Of a stretch of 64,000 nt of DNA, positions 55,421 to 64,000 are shown piece after piece. A model generated the notes under the pieces. The model saw only the letters and a list, made by a program, of their open reading frames with translations. It was not told where the DNA came from and searched no databases. The translations under genes and the position numbers were made by a program. The DNA lies in the NCBI GenBank assembly GCA_964304625.1, contig OZ199838.1:12839843-12903842 (forward strand), read 5' to 3'. Numbering within the stretch: the stretch's first letter is position 1; every line of letters starts with the position of its first letter. This DNA comes from Kudoa neothunni (Eukaryota > Animalia > Cnidaria).

Positions 55421-56754
55421 GTGGCAGGAGACTATCGTATTACCACAATATCAATATCGGATTGTTTGGATTTAACCGTAATAGTATTTCGTATTTTTAC
55501 TTAAATATCTACTTAAACATTGTAACGAATCGAAAAACATATTAAATGGATTATTTGAAATAATTAATTAAACAATTTATTTGTTTGATAACATAATCTG
55601 ACGTTATTTTTACCCAAATCAGAGATAATGCCAGTATCTCAATAAAATCCGAATATATAGTTACTGCAAAACAAAAAGACGCTAATAAAGGTGCTAACTC
55701 GTAATAAGGATCTTACATTTTCCTTCATTTAATCATTAATCTCCAGCTACTAGTGATTGGTGGCTTTTATGTAGTAAATTACTGATCTCCATTTGTAAAA
55801 TGAGCAAGTGAAGAGGCGTAAACTGATTATATTATTAAATATTATCATTATCGATAGTGAAACGCCCTTACAAGATTGTTAAGGATTGTCCGCGGATTAA
55901 CGTGCGGATTATGAGGTATAAAGATAACGTGGATGGTTACATTTAAAGTTATCGCAATAGGCAGGAACTTGAAATTATAAAATTCATATTTATATTTTAT
56001 ATCCATTGACGCTGGAATTAGAATATAACGCGTAACTTCAAATGTATTTTTTTAAACCGAATTATTATAGTATTGAGTTCGATATTAGTCAAATACATTG
56101 TCTTAAAGAGAGTGATATTATATGAGCACATCATAGTTCAATAAATAATCATTAATTACGATTGTAACAGTAAAAACCATTGCGGTTTCTTTGGAATTAT
56201 TAGCAATGTTGATACGGCACAATCTCTATTCAGTCTCTAAATCCATGTATATGGAAGATTAGTATATTTTTCATTATAATATTTCAAATTCAGTAGGTTT
56301 GATTTGGGGAGTTTTATCATCACCATGGATATCATTCAAAGCATTTTATTCAATGGAAACCTAACACATTATCAGCATAGATAGCATAACTAAGCTTGCT
56401 CATCCATTAATCTACTTGCAACAATATAAAGTTGACGGTGTTAATAGTGAAAGGTATATCTTGTTATCATAGTCACTTAGCAGATAAATATTGTTTCTCG
56501 GGGATAGTGTCTGAAATAGAAATAATTAACAGTAGCTATTTTCTGTGATTTAGTTTGAACGGTATAAGTAATTTGAATAGTTCTACGTTGATATTAGGAT
56601 TATAGCTGGATACAGCATCGTTGGTTTGTACTCGTTGCCGTTGTCGATTTTATTATGATTATAACTTAATCCCACCTGTAAACTGCACATCACTAAGTCT
56701 AATATAGATAGATTACACCCGACAACAACTTGAAATTTGAATACGTGAACGAAT

Positions 56755-58259
56755 ATGAGTGCACCAGATGTTGAGATGCAACAACGAAGTGTTGCAGAAG
56801 GTATCCCCAGAAAATCCTTCCACTTTGAAACTCATAGATAATTTAATGTAGATACCCCAATCACTATAGCACCAAATGAACGTGGCCCGCATTCGAAAAA
56901 TTGGTGCTCTATTATCTCGGTGGGAGTGGTGTGTAGTATTATTTTGGTGCTGATTGCTTTTGCTATTTACTACGTTGTGGTCACCCCAAAAATTAACAAG
57001 TCTCTCACCAGTCTACCTACAAATGGATATTTATTTGTTGCCGATCTTAAAAGTTTCCCCGTCAATAGAGATTGTGAAAAAATGACTGCCAAAGATTTCG
57101 ATGAGCTAACCAAAGTGTTGATCTCTTTGAAAAATAATGGAACTCAGTCGTTTGCATTCTACTGCCAAAAAATGGTTACGTCAGATGGTTTTGTTGCGGG
57201 TGTGGTGGGTCCATTGACAACGTTTCTGAAAAACGCCAATCGTGATGGTATATCTATCGGAATTATTTTATTGGAGCAACAATTGGCCAACAAAAATTTC
57301 CTCACAACCATCAAAAGTCTGCCATTCTTAGCCTTCTATCATTACGTGAAAGGTGGCGATCCGAGCAATATCCAAGCTATCAAGGAGTTCGGCAAAGATA
57401 TCAACAAGCAACTCACATACATAGTAAAACGCACCAACAATTTAATCGCCGATATCGACAATTTCAAACAAATCGCTACATTTCAACCATTATTTAATGA
57501 CATTGGTGGGCTAGTCGTACCTGTCACCTCACTCAGTAACACTGAAATAAATCAATACCCTAAAAATGTATCATTGATGTTTATGTCGAGTAATCTTTTA
57601 ATGGTTGCATGGATGTGATAATTGAGTTTTGTTTAGGAAAGCTGAATATGATAGCTGATGGAATCAATCCTCCTGCTCACACCAACATTCTTGCTCAAAT
57701 GTTGCTTGTTTCAAGATGTGCATTCCTTTCGAACGCTTCTATGCTTGTTAGTGGAGATGGCATAGCTTTGGATGGGGCCGAGGATTACTCATCTAAACTT
57801 GACAAACTTGACGCGAATGCCCTGGCATTCATTGGATTCCTCAAAGACTTTGTTAAGTTGAAGGATAAAAACAATATGTGGAAACTTATCGAACATGCAG
57901 TTAGTGTGAAGGATTCTACAAACGGGCCAAATAAAGCGATATCCTACAGCTTTGCAATACCAACCAATAATAAAGCTGAGTTCACTCATCTTCTACTTTT
58001 ACAGAATTCCGGAGAAAATATATCCATAAACAGCACATATTCTTTGGTTGATTTCGGTATTCCTGCCGCTTCAACAGCTGAAGTGCTTATCAGTTTCCCC
58101 GAACCGTATTCATTCAAACTAAAGACAAACATAAAGACCGATAAGATCACACTTCCAGGCGGTGGTTCAATTGTTTTATCCGTGTACACAAGTGAAAAAG
58201 CTAAAACACTCACAGGGGTGCATGATAGTTGGCCGATTATCAGGATAGATTCATCGTAG
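56755..58259 (+). CDS. SLC3 (4F2hc/CD98hc/rBAT)-like type II membrane glycoprotein, copy 1, 3 exons
   Basis: Short cytosolic N-terminus, one TM ending VVVTPK, ectodomain with QMLLVS..SMLVSGDGIAL, LLLLQNSG and ITLPGGGSIVL resembling GH13-like SLC3 motifs. Confidence 0.65.
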
Positions 58260-60983
58260 GTTGTCTCGTCCTATCCCTATATTATATTAAATATTATTTT
58301 CAATTGTTACTATTAGTTATATATAACATATTCGTTGTTTTTTAAACTGTTGCCATCTTTATTATTTGAAAAGGTTTTTAGTCTTGTGTATATCATAACA
58401 TTTGATCTATAGTGTAAGTAGATTTTTTCGTTATGATTCTTTCGAAGAAAGTTATTTAATATCATGATGATTAATTATTGTTTGATTTTGGTCGCTTTTG
58501 GATAATTTATGGTTTATTGTTCGTTATGTGGTAGTTATACGAGAATATGTATTTAAAATACTCTGTTTATTGGTTAATACAATGTTTGTCCAGAAAGACT
58601 TGTATATTTGTATAGCCGTGATTTTTAAATCTGAAAACTCACCTTAATGAGAGGCATATATAATTTATTTATTATAATCTTGTATAGTTAATTAAGCGTA
58701 ACTTCTAACAACTTTATTATGGGCTAGAACATTAACTTTTAGAAAAACTACACACTTAAGATTGTATTCGTAAGAACCGCGGAAGCCTCATGTTTAAGAT
58801 AAGTTTGTCTTATCACCAATTATTATATTCACACTGATTATACGTATTATTAAGTTTTTAATACTTTTCTATCATTAATTAAGGAGTCAAGCTACAATCT
58901 TTTAGTCAATAATTGGGCTCAATCTTATTCATTTATACGAATACGACTTCGGCAGCCTGACTGGGGTTTCGGACCGGATAGTCATGCTCAACTCGAAGGC
59001 GAGTTGGAATGTACACAAACCCTTTGGTCTTGATGAATTTTTTAAATACACTTGGAAATTGGCATAATATATTTATATTTTATTTATTCAAAATTATCGA
59101 TTTTCACTGTGGTGCGAGAAAGATGTCATGAACGTTCGTCATTTTTTATGAGGAAATGACTAGTTTTTATTTTAAAAATTTACGCCTATTATTAGAAAAC
59201 ACAAGGCGCCGGAAAACGATACACAGGGACTTTAGTAGTACGTTTTTACAATGTTGCCTTGCCTGATTGTTTATTTGAGAATTAATAAATTTATATATTT
59301 TATTGAGCTGTCTTTCTTCGTAAACTGTCAAATTAAATTTTATTTTTTAAAATAAATATAAAATTATGAAAAATGCAAAAATAAAACTTTTTTCATTCAA
59401 AATCTGTTACCCAAAAAGGGTATTTTCATAATATTTTTTTAATACCTTGTATCTTATATATATGAAACTTATGGGAATTTGGAAAAATAGTTATTAGTTA
59501 CGGCTTCGAAAATTAACGTTCTATGCGTGTTATTTTCTAACATTAATGGAAGTACCAAGAAAAATCGCGAATGAATTAAAAAAATGTAATCGTTGATATC
59601 GAAGGAATGTAGCACCCAAATATTGCCAGATCCTATGATTGAAAATTTTTAATGAGCGTTAGTACGCGATTAATGCTATGGCTTGAGAAAAGGTAAATTA
59701 TTATGAGTTTTTTATCCGACAAATGTTTTAATCGTGTATATATTTTATTAAAAACCGCGATAAAGCTAAAGGAGGGGATTATTTTATTATTGAGGCCAAT
59801 TTGAGACGGAAACGCAACTTATTATTGATGAAGAATTGTCGATTATCAATTATAAATTTATGACAAAAATTTATAAATTGGATTATACGCGAACAATAAA
59901 GCAAACTTGGGAAATTTCGTCTCCATCTTTCAACTTGCGTGAATATGGATTGAAAATTCTCCCATTTCTTTTACCTACCTGTTGGACTTTTTCCATGAGT
60001 AGTGTATCACAGTTTAAACTTTTTTCTCACATAGTCAATATTCCAGGATAACAACTCAAAATGTGAGAGTGACACATACACGAAACAATAAAACAATTCC
60101 TGTATATTATACACGAATGAGTCTGGGAATAATTCATTATTTGAAAAAATTTGGTTATTAACATGAAAGAACGAAATTTTCAAGAACAAGTGTACATTAT
60201 ATGCAAATCTGAAAGCCTGAGAAAGAGATTATACACATGGCTTAAATAGTTACCGCCAATTTAGAAGGACATTTCTGTATAATGATTAATAAACGTGAAT
60301 AGCTACAATATAAAACAGTTTTATAATGTAATTAGTGGAACTGTTTTGAATAAAAGAACTACACTTCTTTGGAGGTTTCATAGAGTTGCCATTATTTCGC
60401 TTCATGAGTTTGTGGGAAATGTTCTCAAATTTAAGTCACTCTTGTTTACTTTTCCCTTTAATTTAATATCTCTGTATAATCTATTAATATTTGCAGGTTA
60501 ATTATTATAAAAAAATATGGTGCGATAAATTCAATATTGTAGCACAAACAAAAATTCACACCATCACATCTAGCAACTTTAGTCGAATGAAGTTAATCTC
60601 AGGTTTGGCGCCTTCAACGTGCTCTCTCAAGTTGACACCTTTTCTCATTCAAAATTACTCTATTTCATTAATCCAAAAAAAGTATGTAATATAATTTATG
60701 ATTCACCTAGGCTTGGTATTATACTTACAATCGAGAAAAAATTTTTTTTGTATTTTGGTACGTTATCTATTTTTTCCATCTAATTGGTTTTTAATAGAAT
60801 TTTTGGGTGTCTATTACTAAATATGAAGATAGCTTTTATTTTGGATTATAATTTCGATCCGCCCAAAAATATAATAAAAAGTTTAATTTAACAATCAAAC
60901 AACCATGTTTGTTAAGCTGGGCTTTATAAAGTGATAAACACACTGTGCCGTTGCGTAAGGCGTCAGTGTAGAAATAGTGTGCA

Positions 60984-62591
60984 ATGAAAATCGAAACCAA
61001 AAATATCTCTCCTTTCGAATCTTTGGGTGAGTATAAATCATTGGATCCACATAGTTATGTTGAATGTGATATCAGTCTTGGAGAAAACTATTCGAAGTGC
61101 TTTCCTCTGACAGATATGCGAAAACATCAACTAAAATTTTTTCTTATATTCTTGCTTATGTTCAGTCTGCTATTTGTTTGTGTTGGCTATTTTTTGATCA
61201 TATTGAAAAGCACAATAGATACTAAATCATGTTCGGAGTTGTTTGTGAAACATGGGTTCGCCAAGCACGGCACTGCATTATTGGCCACTGAAAGGGAGCA
61301 TATCTCCATCCACTCTGATCAGCTGTACGGGGTGTGGCAGAAATTCGGTATAGAGAGTATTTTCATCAGCAAAAGTCTTCTTGATGAGGTTAGCGACGAA
61401 AGATTTCGTGAAGCTATTATTCCTCTTATAGAAAAAGCTCAGCCTTTTGGCATTACTTTTGGGGTGTATATCGATGATATCTATCATCTAAGAAAACTTC
61501 ATCCTTGGTACCGTTACATTAAATACGTCATTAGAGATAAAAATATGGCAGCAAAACAGTATGGCGATCTGCGTATTCTAAATACACAAAACAATCCAGA
61601 ACTTCAAGATCTTTATATTAAAAGCTTTACGCGTTATATCCGTCACGGATTTAAATCATTTATCTTTGCAGAACTCCCTTACACTTCTAAAGATATCAGT
61701 CCTATCCACCCTTATATTGGTAAGATTTTTGTTGATTAAATCAAATTCTATTACTATTTAATATTTTTTTTCTTCTTTAGATAAATCATTGATAAATGTA
61801 ACATTTTTGAATATGATTAGAAATCATATTACTGGAAATCTATCATCTACCCCTGTTTATATTGGGCTGGATATAGAGAATGGCCGCGAAGTATTAATGG
61901 ATGTGATGCCATACTTTGCAGACTTTTTTTGTGCCTATTCCTTTCAAAACATTGAGATATTCCCTTCTTTGGATTACTCAAGATTAACTGTTTCTATCAC
62001 CGAAAGACAGCACTTTTCTTTCAAATATAATGTTCCCATACTATGGATGCCTTGTAATTCTAATGCCACTTTACCGAATTTGTTATATCTTACATAGATA
62101 AATTAATAATTCATAATGTGATGCGGAAAACTCAGGGTGCACTTCTCGTTCACATAGTGAATTCCTATCTGCCAGGCGGATCACTTATCCATACCCCTGA
62201 TCTACTACTGGGGGACACAAAAATTCCAATCGGATCCATAAAGGAGAAAGATATACCAGCTTATTCTTCGGCGCTCCAGAATATTCATTTTCAAATCAGA
62301 AAGTTAAAATATTGTAAAAGAGCTCTTGGCTGTTTCGACCACATTGGAAAAATCAAAGAAAAAAATGATATTGTTTTGATTCCAAGACAAAATGCGAATG
62401 GAGTAGTTGGCTCCTATTTGGTTATTAATAGCTCCAAATATCAACTAGACGTCAATTTACAACCAATCATTCATAATGCAACAGAAATTTATTATATCAC
62501 ATCCGTTGGCCTTCTAGAAAACGTTGCCAATTTAAACCTAACAAAAGTTCCATTTTCACCCTATAGTTCATATATAGTTTTTACTGTTTGA
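60984..62591 (+). CDS. SLC3-like type II membrane glycoprotein, copy 2, 3 exons
   Basis: N-terminal TM, juxtamembrane Cys (TKSC), KFGIESIFI, SYLPGGSLIHTPDLLLG, YLVIN and FSPYSSYIVF. Several NxT/S sequons. Confidence 0.6.
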
Positions 62592-64000
62592 TTTTGATAT
62601 CATTTCTAATTTTTTTTTCATATTAACTATAATCTACGTTTATTTTTGAAATTATAAAAATACTCGTTTTCGCTTCCAATTCTGAATATGGAATATTAAC
62701 GGATTTAAGTATTAGTGATGTAACTTCCTTATTTATATCATTTATTTCTAAATTATCATTTTAATTAAATAAACAAATGCAAGTTTTATTTAAAGTTTCC
62801 TCTGGCGAAGTGGCGCTGAGAGCTCGACTGGTTTTCTCGACAAAGTATCAATTATTCCAATGAAGCTAATTTAAAAATATTTTTAAATAAATTTGATTGA
62901 GATCAACAACTATTTTGCAATCAAGCTAGTCAAACGACATCAAAATATAATAGTGTGAATCAACGCAAGGTTTCGAAATCTTTCTATTAGCTGGTTGTGT
63001 TATGGTGCAAAGGATTACGCTATAACGGCCGATATAAATGTTGCGTATAATGGCGATGCAATTATTTTTTTTTCATTGGATTGATTAAAAACAGTTTATG
63101 GTTACAAGTTAATAATAAACGAACTAAAATAATACTTTGTTTTAATCAATAAAACCGAGATTATTAATAGATTCTTAAAAATAAAAGAAATACTATAGAA
63201 ATGTAAATTTAAATTTTCTATAGAAATATGAAAGATTAGGTTTAATTATAAGAATGTTATTTAATTTAATTTTTTTAAATTTAATCTTTGGACAGGATCA
63301 GTGATATTCAAGCTAGGCTTAGTGGTGACTACGCCTAACTCTGGTGGACTAGGAATGTATATCTTGTTAAATTTGAATAAATCGGTTATTTCGCAAACGA
63401 ATTGTTAGAGTGAATTAAATTATGTTGTAAGGAAGTTTTATTTTACGGGAAAAATTTGTTTAGTCTGAGTTTTTCAAAAGATCTCGTAAATGTTAATGAA
63501 ATATTCGTAATATTCGGGCGTATTTGCTTATTGTGCGATTTAAATCTTAAAAAATGTTATATTTCCAAATGAACTATTTTTTAATCAATAGGAGAAATTT
63601 AGAGGTCGATTTTATTACATAATGTTTAGGCATTAACGGTTGTTTTTTATTGAATCCCTCTTATCACATTGCACATCACGAAAAAAGATGAGATAGGTAG
63701 ACCGATTAATTTGGTTGAATCAATTATAGAACAAAATAAGATGGAATATATCTTTAAATGTATCATTTTAAAGGTTAAATTAGGCTATATTAGATCACTG
63801 ATATTCAACTTAGAACGAACTTAAAATGCATAGAGCGTAATTCGATAAACAGTCATTTTACAAGAATTAATTAGAAAATTTTAAAAATGAATTGTAAATG
63901 TAATTGAAAAAGTTAAATATTTAATTGTTAAATAAGAAACGTCCAACAGCGCTGGAAAAACCTGATTAAACCCTCTCTATAAAGAAAGTAATATCTTGTT

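Noticed and set aside
55730-56660. Possible additional multi-exon gene upstream of SLC3-like copy 1
   Set aside because: I could not assemble a consistent spliced frame on either strand.
59836-60694. Cluster of 60-70 aa ORFs
   Set aside because: AT-rich, low-complexity, mostly non-ATG starts, no motifs.
1-64000. Alternative genetic code, non-canonical introns, CRISPR or prokaryotic defence system
   Set aside because: The conserved genes I traced translate in the standard code with GT-AG introns, and there are no repeat-spacer arrays or bacterial-type operons.

Overview
AT-rich eukaryotic (animal) genomic DNA with mostly 40-60 nt GT-AG introns and strongly diverged proteins. This fits a reduced parasite genome such as a myxozoan or orthonectid, but the taxon is an inference. 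Recognisable genes: PPIP5K/VIP1, RPIA, a secreted five-Kunitz-domain protein, SNAP25, ICA1/ICA69, a PH-domain (FAPP2-like) protein, an RNase PH exosome subunit, a small NDUFA4-like membrane protein, beta-TrCP and two tandem, very divergent SLC3 (4F2hc/rBAT)-like heavy chains. Intergenic space is dense with DNA transposon relics: a piggyBac nested in a hAT, a solo LTR nested in a second hAT, a decayed pogo element, and several MITE families. One group of MITEs shares a recurring GGGGTAGAwwTCTACCCC palindrome. I found no CRISPR, rRNA or prokaryotic system, and no clearly new multi-gene system. The most interesting leads are the Kunitz gene with a frameshift at its P1 site, the SLC3-like pair, a degron-like motif in beta-TrCP itself, and NRF1-type palindromes in several promoters. 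All family assignments come from motif recognition by eye, not from database searches.
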